Shown here: positions 1 through 7,953 of the stretch, in pieces
Position numbering within the stretch: position 1 is the stretch's first letter
How the letters are laid out: the number at the start of each line of letters is the position of its first letter
Virus genome (UHGV): UHGV-0252305
Strand: one strand, 5' to 3'
Origin: a virus
DNA length: 43,472 nt
The notes under the pieces: model-generated
What the model saw: the letters and a program-made list of their open reading frames with translations, nothing else
The model's database searches: none
What the model was told of the DNA's origin: nothing
Program-made: the position numbers and the translations under genes

Positions 1-992
1 AAGGTAAAGATTATGTACATGTCATCGATATGGGCGAAATACTCGCTACGCATGGTGATAAAAAAATTCCAGCTCTAATCCGCAGGATGCGCGAAACCGC
101 AGGGGATGAACCTATTGGCATGGTTGCCTTCGACACCCTTAACCAGACGCTGGCCCTGACGATTGATAAGTTCGACGAGAACAGTTCATCAACAGCAATC
201 GGCATGGGTAAAGTTATCGCCATTCTGAAAGAAGTACGCGATGCAACTAAAGCCGCAGTAGGCGTTGTCCACCATACGCCGAAGGGTGGAAAGAAAGCAC
301 GCGGCAGTGGGGCGCTGTATGCGGGTGTTGACGTGGAACTGACAATCGAACGTGCAACCGACCGTCAGATAAACGTATATCACTCGAAATTCAAGCACGG
401 GCCTCAGCAGAAGACGGTTGGCATGGTGCTGGAGTCGGTACAGTTCCGTGAAGCGCCGCCGCCTAAAGAATACCGAGCGGTTGAGTTCCTGGGTAGCACA
501 GAGGAATACGGCACAATCGTAAACCTGGACCTGCCTGAACCACACAAGGCGCTTGTGTTGATGCCGTGGGGTTTCGAGCCGTTCAAAACTGACGAGGAGA
601 AAGAGCGGGAAGAAGGGTTGACGAAAGAAGGTAAAGAAAATGTACGTAAAACCGTAGAGAACGCCGTCAACAGTTCGGAGGCCACGATACTCGCGGCGTT
701 TGAACTGGCGGAAGGAACCTACAACGGCAACGAAGGCATCACAGTCGCCGCGGCGAATAAGCTCGCACAGTCAGACCCCAACGCAAAGGCGTTTAACTCC
801 AAAGAAGCCATAGAACGCGGGAAGATTAAGAAAATGGTTGAGGCTGGGTATCTTGTTCCGGGTACTGACGAAAACAATCAGATAATCCCAGGCCGTTACA
901 GACTGAACACCAAGATAACAGATAACAAGATTCCGAAGACAATATACGAACCGAATGAAATGCTGACAGTGACCGAGGAGGATTTGGAATGA
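1..992 (+). CDS. Primase-helicase, C-terminal part (RecA-like NTPase); 5'-truncated at window start, first full codon at position 3
   Basis: Frame is open from position 3 with no stop; motif VVHHTPKGGKKARGSGAL resembles the RecA/DnaB-type helicase H4 region; in frame with the ORF running off the window 3' end. Confidence 0.65.
   Translation, partial: GKDYVHVIDMGEILATHGDKKIPALIRRMRETAGDEPIGMVAFDTLNQTLALTIDKFDENSSSTAIGMGKVIAILKEVRDATKAAVGVVHHTPKGGKKARGSGALYAGVDVELTIERATDRQINVYHSKFKHGPQQKTVGMVLESVQFREAPPPKEYRAVEFLGSTEEYGTIVNLDLPEPHKALVLMPWGFEPFKTDEEKEREEGLTKEGKENVRKTVENAVNSSEATILAAFELAEGTYNGNEGITVAAANKLAQSDPNAKAFNSKEAIERGKIKKMVEAGYLVPGTDENNQIIPGRYRLNTKITDNKIPKTIYEPNEMLTVTEEDLE
975..992 (+). repeat. 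18-nt sequence identical to 3945..3962 (gene 3' end plus SD plus overlapping ATG)
   Basis: gaggaggatttggaatga at both loci; encodes C-terminal EEDLE and initiates a small ORF. Confidence 0.8.
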
Positions 993-1144
993 ATATTTAC
1001 GATTTTATAGATAACCCGTTTAAAGCAGTGAAGGCAGGATACCGCCCGTCATACCTGACATGTGTTTCCGCTGTAAGCAACAACTGGTGGACTTTTTGTG
1101 TGTGTATGCAGCGGGGATTTTTGCGGAGTTTAAAGACATTTTAG
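989..1144 (+). CDS. Hypothetical small protein (51 aa), translationally coupled
   Basis: ATG at 989 overlaps upstream stop (ATGA); strong SD GAGGAGGA upstream; codon-by-codon translation checked; not in ORF track (<60 aa). Confidence 0.35.
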   Translation: MNIYDFIDNPFKAVKAGYRPSYLTCVSAVSNNWWTFCVCMQRGFLRSLKTF

Positions 1145-1146
1145 AC

Positions 1147-1305
1147 ATGACGCTGGCAGAGATTATAAAGTGCCTTTTCAAATTAATTATATCGATAACT
1201 ATTGTTATAAGTTTTCCTGTAAGTGCGTGGTTTCTCGCCTGGATTCAGTACCTGAACGTGCAACACACTATTAAGAATTTGGAAGAACTCGATAAGTTGC
1301 TATAA
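1147..1305 (+). CDS. Hypothetical small hydrophobic protein (C-terminal part of track ORF 1060..1305)
   Basis: Hydrophobic stretch LFKLIISITIVISFPVSAWFLAWI; start uncertain, weak RBS. Confidence 0.25.
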   Translation: MTLAEIIKCLFKLIISITIVISFPVSAWFLAWIQYLNVQHTIKNLEELDKLL

Positions 1306-1311
1306 AAAGAA

Positions 1312-1328
1312 AGGGGCTTTAAGCCCCT
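1312..1328 (-). terminator. Intrinsic terminator after XRE gene
   Basis: 7-bp GC-rich stem aggggct/agcccct with T-run on - strand. Confidence 0.5.
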
Positions 1329-1534
1329 TCACCTAACGCCAGCCACTTGGCGTCTACTTCCAGAACTTCCGCCAGTTTGAACAGCGTTGCCGGGCGGACG
1401 TCCTGAGTTACTCCAAGTGCCAGTTGGTTAATCGCGCCCTGGGAAACGCCGGTCAGGGCCGCCAAACGGCGCTGGGAGATGCCGAGTTCTTTACGGCGTT
1501 GTTCTACACGGGTGCCTAGTTCAGATGGTTGCAT
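1319..1534 (-). CDS. XRE-family helix-turn-helix transcriptional regulator (Cro/CI-like)
   Basis: 71 aa; HTH signature ISQRRLAALTGVSQGAINQLALG; SD AAGGAG upstream of ATG; divergent from the + strand early operon. Confidence 0.8.
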   Translation of the reverse strand: MQPSELGTRVEQRRKELGISQRRLAALTGVSQGAINQLALGVTQDVRPATLFKLAEVLEVDAKWLALGEGA

Positions 1535-1554
1535 GTCAGTTACTCCTTAGTCAG

Positions 1555-1583
1555 TTGATATGTGAATAGTACCATATTAATTA
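1555..1583 (+). promoter_or_regulatory. Promoter-like site TTGATA-17-TAATTA (tandem with 1599..1627)
   Basis: Shares tgtgAATAGt word with next site; imperfect AATAG-N4-ATATT. Confidence 0.3.
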
Positions 1584-1598
1584 TTTTAGAAAAGCCCA

Positions 1599-1627
1599 TT
1601 GACATGTGAATAGTTCGCTATTATAGT
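1599..1627 (+). promoter_or_regulatory. Sigma70-like early promoter TTGACA-17-TATAGT with AATAG-N4-CTATT inverted repeat
   Basis: Near-consensus -35 and -10 at 17-nt spacing; inverted repeat at 1609..1622; 29 nt upstream of gene 1656. Confidence 0.6.
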
Positions 1628-1655
1628 TAGCCCATACCAAACGAGAGGGGCAGAT

Positions 1656-1883
1656 ATGAACACAATCACTGGGGCCATAGCTAAAGGTTTTCGAGCAATT
1701 TTCGGCGCTCCGCAAGAAGTGTGCACAAAACATAAATTTGTACTTTCTTGCGTAGTAGGGGATGAGTTTGATGGGTTCGATAAACTTGTTGTCTGTGACC
1801 ATTGCGGGCAAGAAGCTATTCAACACTCAAACGGTAAATTTGAACTAATAGACGATAGCCTTACTGAAGGCGACGGTGAGTAA
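1656..1883 (+). CDS. Hypothetical early protein with four Cys (possible zinc ribbon)
   Basis: First gene downstream of early promoter; Cys pattern C-x8-C ... C-x2-C; RBS GAGAGGGG. Confidence 0.55.
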   Translation: MNTITGAIAKGFRAIFGAPQEVCTKHKFVLSCVVGDEFDGFDKLVVCDHCGQEAIQHSNGKFELIDDSLTEGDGE

Positions 1884-1907
1884 CTTACACAAACAGGAGA
1901 GAAACAA

Positions 1908-2408
1908 ATGTTAGAGAAATTCTTAGTATTGCTGGAACGTTTCGTAGTTGCACATGAACTGATTGCCGCGAACAGTGCGAAACAAGTTGTTCAGGTTGCC
2001 GCGCCGCTGGAAGTAGAGACTGTATCGTACACCAAAGAAGCGGTAGCTGAGTGCGCTGAAGAAGCAACAAAAGAAATCCCGGTAGAAGGTGAAGACATCG
2101 TTGACACTAAACCGGCAGAAGAAGAGAAGCCAAAACGCAAGCCGCGTAAAGCTAAAGTAGAGGAAACGACGCCAGAGCCGGAAGAAGAGAAAGAAGAAGT
2201 AGACTATAAGTCTCTGCGCGACCAGATTCAGGCTATCGACGATGCAATTAACGAAGGTCCGAGCGATGCCGCGTGCGATGATTCTGATGAACTGCTGGAA
2301 GAGTTCACAGGTAAGAAAATGAAGATTGCAGCGATTAAAGACGAAGACCTGGCTGAATACCTGGAACGCTTGACAGCAATCAAGAACAAGTATTTCGAAG
2401 AAGAATAA
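1908..2408 (+). CDS. Highly acidic early protein (Glu/Asp-rich), hypothetical
   Basis: 166 aa with long E/D-rich tracts (EEEKEEVDYK, DDSDELLEEF); RBS AGGAGAGA. Confidence 0.6.
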   Translation: MLEKFLVLLERFVVAHELIAANSAKQVVQVAAPLEVETVSYTKEAVAECAEEATKEIPVEGEDIVDTKPAEEEKPKRKPRKAKVEETTPEPEEEKEEVDYKSLRDQIQAIDDAINEGPSDAACDDSDELLEEFTGKKMKIAAIKDEDLAEYLERLTAIKNKYFEEE

Positions 2409-2415
2409 CTATCTC

Positions 2416-2434
2416 GCGGCCTTCGGGCCGCTTT
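2416..2434 (+). terminator. Weak intrinsic terminator or attenuator
   Basis: Stem gcggcc/ggccgc, loop ttcg, followed by only TTT. Confidence 0.4.
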
Positions 2435-2451
2435 AACTGAGGGTCGGAATT

Positions 2452-2724
2452 ATGATTTACCAACTCTACCGAGCCGTCGACAGGCGGGATAACACAGAGG
2501 CGCTATGGCTATTGCGTGCTCCGTCCGGTGCGCACCAGATGGAAGAGATGGCGTACTTAGGAAAAGTACCACGGCCTAAAGATACAGGCCGTCACGTGTC
2601 ACAGATTAAGCGCACAACTTTCGCCAAGCCTGACTTTTATGTCTTCGAGTCGATGTATGGGTGGGCCATGCACTGCGACCATAAGACACGACATTTAATT
2701 GACCAGTGGGAGAACAGGGTATGA
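2452..2724 (+). CDS. Hypothetical protein
   Basis: 90-aa ORF, stop overlaps next start (ATGA). Confidence 0.5.
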   Translation: MIYQLYRAVDRRDNTEALWLLRAPSGAHQMEEMAYLGKVPRPKDTGRHVSQIKRTTFAKPDFYVFESMYGWAMHCDHKTRHLIDQWENRV

Positions 2725-3962
2725 TTCTAAAAGAACGCGGTGGCAATAATGATGTGCACGCCTTATTGTCGCCGTCAGGTGCTAAGAAGTGGCTGACGTG
2801 CAGTGCATCACTGGCCTGTGAAAAAGATATTCCTAACACGTCAGGTAAAGCTGCCGTTACGGGGACCGCCATGCACACCATAGCTGAGGTCCATCTCAAC
2901 ACCTATATACGCGGCACTGCGTTGCCGTTGGAGCGTGAAGTCGGCGCTTACGTACTGGATGAAGGCAAAGGTCAGATTAAGGCGCTAATCAGCCCGATGA
3001 AAGGCGCGGTACTGATTACGGCGGACATGATTGAGCAGGTGCGCAAGTACACCGACTACTGCAAAGCGATTATAGACGTAGCGACTTACGCCAAGCTGGA
3101 AATGCGTGTCAATCTTACTGAGGTATTGCATCCGGGGTATGAAGGCGTTGAGACGTTCGGAACCGCTGACCTCGTTGCTGTCCAGGAACTGGCAAACACC
3201 GACGAGCACATGCTCATTATCGGCGACCTGAAAACCGGGCGGCATCGCGTCGAAGCGAAAGAAAACAAGCAGCTTATGCTTTACGCTCTCGGTGTTTATC
3301 GTCGACTCAAGAGACGTTATAACATAACAACCGTTCGTCTGGTCATCTTCCAGCCTTACGCTGGGGGCGCGACAGAGTGGGACATCTCGGTTGAAGGACT
3401 GGAACTGTTCGCTAAGTTCGCACAGAAACGCGCGCTGTTAGCGCTTGATGCGTATTTCCGTGGCAAGAAGAACCTGAAAGCGTCGGACTTCAAGCCATCG
3501 GTAGATGGTTGTCAGTGGTGCCGGTTCTCTGAACAATGCGCTGCGCGTACAAAGACGGTTAATTCTGTACTGGCGGAAGAACTGGAAGACGACTTTGTGC
3601 TGGAACTGACGCCGGAGCAACTCGTAGCTGAGTATGAGAAGTTGCCGCTGTTGCGCCAGCACATCGACAAGGTTGAGAAAGCTATGGCGGCCGCGTTGCA
3701 TTCAGGTAAGAAAGTTCCTGGTTACAAGTTGGTTGAAGGCCGCCCGGGTAATCGTGCATGGAAAGACGCGGAGAAAGTAACAGAACTCTACGGCGACAAG
3801 CTGACTAAAGAAGTGCTCATGTCACCTACCGAAGCTGTTAAAGTCATACCGGAAGAAGAACTGAAAGACTTCATTACCCGTAAGCCAGGCGCACCATGTG
3901 TCGCAACGGCAGACGACAAACGTCCTGAGTGGAATCAGGTAACAGAGGAGGATTTGGAATGA
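2721..3962 (+). CDS. Cas4-like / RecB-family PD-(D/E)XK nuclease with Fe-S cysteine cluster
   Basis: D...IGDLKTG...QLMLYAL nuclease motifs; N-terminal Cys (LTCSA) plus C-terminal CQWCRFSEQC (C-x2-C-x5-C); ATG at 2721 has SD GGGAG, track GTG start at 2706 does not. Confidence 0.75.
   Translation: MILKERGGNNDVHALLSPSGAKKWLTCSASLACEKDIPNTSGKAAVTGTAMHTIAEVHLNTYIRGTALPLEREVGAYVLDEGKGQIKALISPMKGAVLITADMIEQVRKYTDYCKAIIDVATYAKLEMRVNLTEVLHPGYEGVETFGTADLVAVQELANTDEHMLIIGDLKTGRHRVEAKENKQLMLYALGVYRRLKRRYNITTVRLVIFQPYAGGATEWDISVEGLELFAKFAQKRALLALDAYFRGKKNLKASDFKPSVDGCQWCRFSEQCAARTKTVNSVLAEELEDDFVLELTPEQLVAEYEKLPLLRQHIDKVEKAMAAALHSGKKVPGYKLVEGRPGNRAWKDAEKVTELYGDKLTKEVLMSPTEAVKVIPEEELKDFITRKPGAPCVATADDKRPEWNQVTEEDLE
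3945..3962 (+). repeat. Second copy of the 18-nt gene-junction repeat
   Basis: Identical to 975..992. Confidence 0.8.
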
Positions 3963-4162
3963 TTCAAGTAAATGAAATGCCCACAGATAAAGATTTTGTG
4001 ATGATATGGCGCTGGGGCGGTTATATCCATTCGGAATCGTTTACGTTCCTGAACGGCACGATGGTGCGATACAACCATGTGGAGGATGAATTCGAACCCG
4101 TTGATATGAATGATTTCGAGAACATAGTCCGTATTGCGAAATTTTATTTGACACCTGAATAG
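3959..4162 (+). CDS. Hypothetical protein (67 aa)
   Basis: ATG overlaps upstream stop (ATGA); same SD-containing 18-nt sequence as at 975..992. Confidence 0.5.
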   Translation: MIQVNEMPTDKDFVMIWRWGGYIHSESFTFLNGTMVRYNHVEDEFEPVDMNDFENIVRIAKFYLTPE

Positions 4163-4176
4163 TTAGCTATTATAGT
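4148..4176 (+). promoter_or_regulatory. Promoter-like site TTGACA-17-TATAGT with AATAG-N4-CTATT
   Basis: Inverted repeat at 4158..4171; upstream of SSB-like gene. Confidence 0.55.
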
Positions 4177-4235
4177 TCTAATCACTGACCGGGCAGCTTC
4201 CCGGAGTAAACGAAACTTAAAAGCGAGAAATTAAG

Positions 4236-4862
4236 ATGGGTATTAAACTGAATCTGCGTAAAGTAAACACTGCTTGGGTTAACGTATTTGAACGTGAAAA
4301 AGACCGTGAAAACGATGATGGCTCAATCACTAAAGGCCAGTACAGCGCGACTATCATCCTGCCGTCTGACCATGCTCAAATCGATGCACTCTACGACACC
4401 GTTTACGCTGTAGTTGAAGAAGCGTTAGGCGCAGCCGCTGCCGAGAAATGGATGAAGTCCAACTACGGTGAAGGTAAGCACATGGATAAATGCGCGATTA
4501 AAGACATTGCCGAGCGCGACAATCCGTTTGAAGACTTCCCGGAAGGCTTCTACTTCAAAGCGAAGGCACAGAAACAGCCGCTGATTGTAACCTCTAAAAA
4601 AGGTGAGACTCAGGTAGAGCAGGACTTCAACGTAGACGGCGAACAGATTGAAGGTGAACAGGTTTACAGCGGATGCTTAGCTAACGTAAGCGTTGAAATC
4701 TGGTTCAGCCAGAAATACAAAGTCCTCGGCGTTAACCTGCTGGCGATTAAATACGTTGGCGAAGGCAAAGCGTTCGGCGGTTCTAAAGTCGCCGCGAGCG
4801 TCAATGACCTGGAAGATGACGAAGAAGATGAAGCACCGCGCCGTGAACGTCGTCGCCGCTAA
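4236..4862 (+). CDS. Putative single-stranded DNA-binding protein (DUF2815-like) with acidic C-terminal region
   Basis: N-terminal pattern resembles phage DUF2815/SSB family as I recall it; acidic tail DLEDDEEDEA; sits between nuclease and polymerase genes. Confidence 0.45.
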   Translation: MGIKLNLRKVNTAWVNVFEREKDRENDDGSITKGQYSATIILPSDHAQIDALYDTVYAVVEEALGAAAAEKWMKSNYGEGKHMDKCAIKDIAERDNPFEDFPEGFYFKAKAQKQPLIVTSKKGETQVEQDFNVDGEQIEGEQVYSGCLANVSVEIWFSQKYKVLGVNLLAIKYVGEGKAFGGSKVAASVNDLEDDEEDEAPRRERRRR

Positions 4863-4883
4863 TATCTGAATCAATTTTAACTA

Positions 4884-4905
4884 AGGCCCTTCATTGGGCC
4901 TTTTT
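4884..4905 (+). terminator. Intrinsic terminator after SSB-like gene
   Basis: Stem aggccc/gggcct followed by TTTTT. Confidence 0.65.
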
Positions 4906-4922
4906 ACTAGGGGTCAAAAATA

Positions 4923-7094
4923 ATGAGTTACCTGTTCTTAGACTTTGAAACATTCTCAGAAGCCGATTTGAAGAAAGTCGGTTCTTACGCTTACGCCGAA
5001 CACCCGTCAACCGAAGTGCTTATCTGTACATATGCTTTTGACGACGAACCTGTGCGGGTATGGGATTGCACCGACGGCAGCGACATGCCGGGGGATTTAC
5101 ACCGCGCACTGCGCCGCCTTGTTAAGCCCAACAGCCGCATCAAGATGGTGTGGCACAACGGTGGACTTTTCGATCGCCTAATCATGAAACACTGCTGGGA
5201 CTTTGATATTCCGGTAAGTAACACCATTGATACTATGATTTGGGCGTTCCGTCACGCGCTGCCGGGTTCTCTTGATGCGCTGTGCGAAGTGCTGGGCGTG
5301 TCTACAGACAACGCGAAAGATAAACGCGGCAAGGCTCTGATTAAGCGTTTCTCTAAACCGACGCCGAAGAACTACAAAATCCGCCGCTACACCGCAGAAA
5401 CTCACCCTGACGAGTGGGCGATGTTCATCAGGTACGCCGTGAGCGACATCACTGCGATGCGTGAAGTCTTCCATAAGCTGCCGCGTTGGGGTAACTCCGA
5501 GTTCGAAGACCGTGTACTGGAACTGGACCAGTTGATTAACGACCGCGGATTTAAGGTTGACGTTGCACTGGCAGAAGCCGCGATTGAAGCCGTGGAGAAG
5601 CACAAAGCGCAGCTACAGGAAGAAGCACAGCGCAAATACGGCGGCTCGCTTACTGGTAAAGACTTCCTGCCGATTCTGCGTGAACTTGCACCAGCGCACC
5701 GCATCCACAACGCGCAGAAGTCTACGCTTAACGACCTGTTGGCGGATGATGATTTACCGGACGACGCACGCACGATTATCGAAATGCGCCTCGGGGCCGC
5801 GTCCACAGCGTCAACGAAATATAACCCGCTGCTGTTAGGGCGCTCGTCGGACGACCGCCGTCGTGGTTGCATTCAGTACGGCGGAGCCAAGCGTACATTA
5901 CGATTTGCCGGTAAAGGCTTTCAGCCGCAGAACCTCGCGCGTGGGTACTATCACGATGATGAACTGGATAAAGGTATTTCAGCGTTACTTAAGGGCCGCG
6001 CCCATCGCCGTTTCGATGTGGCCAAGCTAACGGCATCGACCGTTCGTAGCTGCATCATACCGGAAGCAGGGCATAAGTTTGTCGTTGCCGATTACTCTAA
6101 CGTCGAAGGCCGCGGTCTTGCGTGGCTGGCGGGTGAAGACGATTTAATCGAAGTATTTGTAAACGGGGTTGATGTGTATAAGAAACTCGCATCAACGGTG
6201 TTCAATGTTGCATATGAAGCCGTAACAAAGGACCAAAGACAAATAGCCAAAGCAATGGTTCTGGGACTCGGCTACGCGGGGGGCGTCGGTGCTTTCGTCA
6301 CGTTTGCTAAAAACTTAGGTCTTGATTTGAATGACATGACTAACACTTTAGACGGTACATTCCCGGACCATATTTGGGCCGCTACCGCACGCGGATACGA
6401 ATGGGCGCGTATTCAGGAAGCCAAGCGACCACCACGTCCTGGTGAAAAAGATGACCGACCCTCATATATCCTTGATAAGAAAGTTTGGCGCACCTGTGAC
6501 GCTTTAAAGCGCATGTACCGGGAAGCTAATCCTGCAATAGTCCAATTCTGGCGCGATATTGAAGACGCGGCTATGGCGGCTATCCGCAACCCAGGTAAAG
6601 AGTTCACCGCAGGGCCGCGTGGCGTTAAGTTTTCGCGCAACGTGGAGACAGATAACAACGGCAACAAAGTCGCCGGTTGGTGGCTGCGCATGACGTTGCC
6701 GTCTGGTCGCGTTATGTCTTATCCAGGCGTCGGGTTGAGCGTGTCGAAAGAAACAGACGAAGATGGAAAAGTTTCTACTAACGTGCGCATCAAGTATCAG
6801 GGTGAAAATCAGTTAACCAGGCAGTGGGGCTTCCAGTACACCTACTCCGGTAAACTGGTGGAAAACTGCACTCAGGCACTGTGCCGTGACTTGCTGGCTA
6901 ATGCGCTACTTAACGTTGAAGCAAACGGCTACCCGATTGTACTTCACGTACACGATGAGATTATCTGCGAGACACCGGATTCGCCTGAATACAATGTCGC
7001 AGAGCTTGAGCGATTGATGTGCGAATTACCAGAATGGGCGGAGGGGTTCCCTCTTGTAGCGGAAGGTCAGGAGTTAAAACGCTATGCTAAGTAA
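4923..7094 (+). CDS. Family A (Pol I-like) DNA polymerase with 3'-5' exonuclease domain
   Basis: 723 aa; exonuclease motif LDFETFS (D-x-E); polymerase motifs RQIAKAMVLGLGYAGG and VHDEIICE. Confidence 0.9.
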   Translation: MSYLFLDFETFSEADLKKVGSYAYAEHPSTEVLICTYAFDDEPVRVWDCTDGSDMPGDLHRALRRLVKPNSRIKMVWHNGGLFDRLIMKHCWDFDIPVSNTIDTMIWAFRHALPGSLDALCEVLGVSTDNAKDKRGKALIKRFSKPTPKNYKIRRYTAETHPDEWAMFIRYAVSDITAMREVFHKLPRWGNSEFEDRVLELDQLINDRGFKVDVALAEAAIEAVEKHKAQLQEEAQRKYGGSLTGKDFLPILRELAPAHRIHNAQKSTLNDLLADDDLPDDARTIIEMRLGAASTASTKYNPLLLGRSSDDRRRGCIQYGGAKRTLRFAGKGFQPQNLARGYYHDDELDKGISALLKGRAHRRFDVAKLTASTVRSCIIPEAGHKFVVADYSNVEGRGLAWLAGEDDLIEVFVNGVDVYKKLASTVFNVAYEAVTKDQRQIAKAMVLGLGYAGGVGAFVTFAKNLGLDLNDMTNTLDGTFPDHIWAATARGYEWARIQEAKRPPRPGEKDDRPSYILDKKVWRTCDALKRMYREANPAIVQFWRDIEDAAMAAIRNPGKEFTAGPRGVKFSRNVETDNNGNKVAGWWLRMTLPSGRVMSYPGVGLSVSKETDEDGKVSTNVRIKYQGENQLTRQWGFQYTYSGKLVENCTQALCRDLLANALLNVEANGYPIVLHVHDEIICETPDSPEYNVAELERLMCELPEWAEGFPLVAEGQELKRYAK

Positions 7095-7215
7095 ACTGAT
7101 TATCGCGGTACTGGCGGGATTCGCCGCAGTTGTCTACTGTCACGAGGGCCAATACGGCATGATGGTCGCCGTATTGGGTATGTTAGTAGCAATTTATCTG
7201 TGGGTGCCGGAATGA
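7084..7215 (+). CDS. Small membrane peptide (43 aa)
   Basis: ATG overlaps polymerase stop; hydrophobic; first link of an ATGA-coupled chain; translation verified. Confidence 0.35.
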   Translation: MLSKLIIAVLAGFAAVVYCHEGQYGMMVAVLGMLVAIYLWVPE

Positions 7216-7301
7216 AAATTTACTGGTTATACGAAGAAGACTGCCGAATCTGTCCGCGCTGCGGGATTGAGCATACGAAACGTGAGGGGTGTGTATTATG
7301 A
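7212..7301 (+). CDS. Small Cys-rich peptide (29 aa, CxxC)
   Basis: ATGA overlaps at both ends; DCRICPRCG; translation verified. Confidence 0.3.
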   Translation: MKIYWLYEEDCRICPRCGIEHTKREGCVL

Positions 7302-7450
7302 CAATGTTTGTATTTAGGACCATAGTAACCATGCTCGCACTGTTACTCGGCGCGGGAATAGCTGCGATGTTCTGTTACGGCCTGTTCTTTAAGTTTGTTG
7401 GCGTTGCCGTTCTCGGAGGAGCGTTTATAACCTGGGTTCTGCGCTCATGA
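7298..7450 (+). CDS. Small membrane protein (50 aa)
   Basis: ATGA overlaps at both ends; two hydrophobic segments; translation verified. Confidence 0.35.
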   Translation: MTMFVFRTIVTMLALLLGAGIAAMFCYGLFFKFVGVAVLGGAFITWVLRS

Positions 7451-7731
7451 CCCCGGAAGGCAAGATTCAGAAATACGCAAAAGAGCAATTCGAGGCCATT
7501 GGCGGCCTCGTTCGTAAACTTTCGTACGAGGGGCGCTCCGGCGCCCCTGACCTGCTGGTAATTCTCCCCGGCGGCATCGTCTGGTTCGTCGAGGTTAAGA
7601 AAGACGAAAACACGAAGCCAGACCCGCACCAGTTACGTGAGCATGAGCGGATGCGTAAACGCGGTGCAAATGTTTTTGTCGTTGGTTCGTTTAAACAGGT
7701 TGACGACCTAATAGCAAACTATTATAGTTAG
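7447..7731 (+). CDS. VRR-NUC domain nuclease
   Basis: 94 aa; PD-(D/E)XK-type motif PDLLVIL...VEVKK typical of VRR-NUC. Confidence 0.75.
   Translation: MTPEGKIQKYAKEQFEAIGGLVRKLSYEGRSGAPDLLVILPGGIVWFVEVKKDENTKPDPHQLREHERMRKRGANVFVVGSFKQVDDLIANYYS
7700..7728 (+). promoter_or_regulatory. Promoter-like site TTGACG-17-TATAGT with AATAG-N4-CTATT
   Basis: Inverted repeat at 7710..7723; lies in 3' end of VRR-NUC gene, upstream of 7762. Confidence 0.55.
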
Positions 7732-7761
7732 CCATACACCAACAATATAAGGAATTGAGAA

Positions 7762-7953
7762 ATGAAACACGAATACGACCGCAAACCAGCACGTGACATC
7801 GTACCGGGCGACATGATTTTCAACGTTAAGACCCGTCGGCCTGTTGCCGTGGATACGGTGTTCGTCGAGTCGAACGGTAAACTGGTTATCGAAGACGTAA
7901 CCGGCAACGTTACCGCGTTCGGGCGTAAAGAGCTTGTTCTGGTGGCAAAATGA
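7762..7953 (+). CDS. Hypothetical protein
   Basis: 63-aa ORF downstream of promoter-like site at 7700..7728; stop overlaps helicase start. Confidence 0.5.
   Translation: MKHEYDRKPARDIVPGDMIFNVKTRRPVAVDTVFVESNGKLVIEDVTGNVTAFGRKELVLVAK

Noticed and set aside
1060-1305. Full-length 81-aa track ORF
   Set aside because: Its ATG has no Shine-Dalgarno and it overlaps the SD-supported coupled ORF 989..1144 in another frame; only the distal part (1147..1305) was kept, at low confidence.
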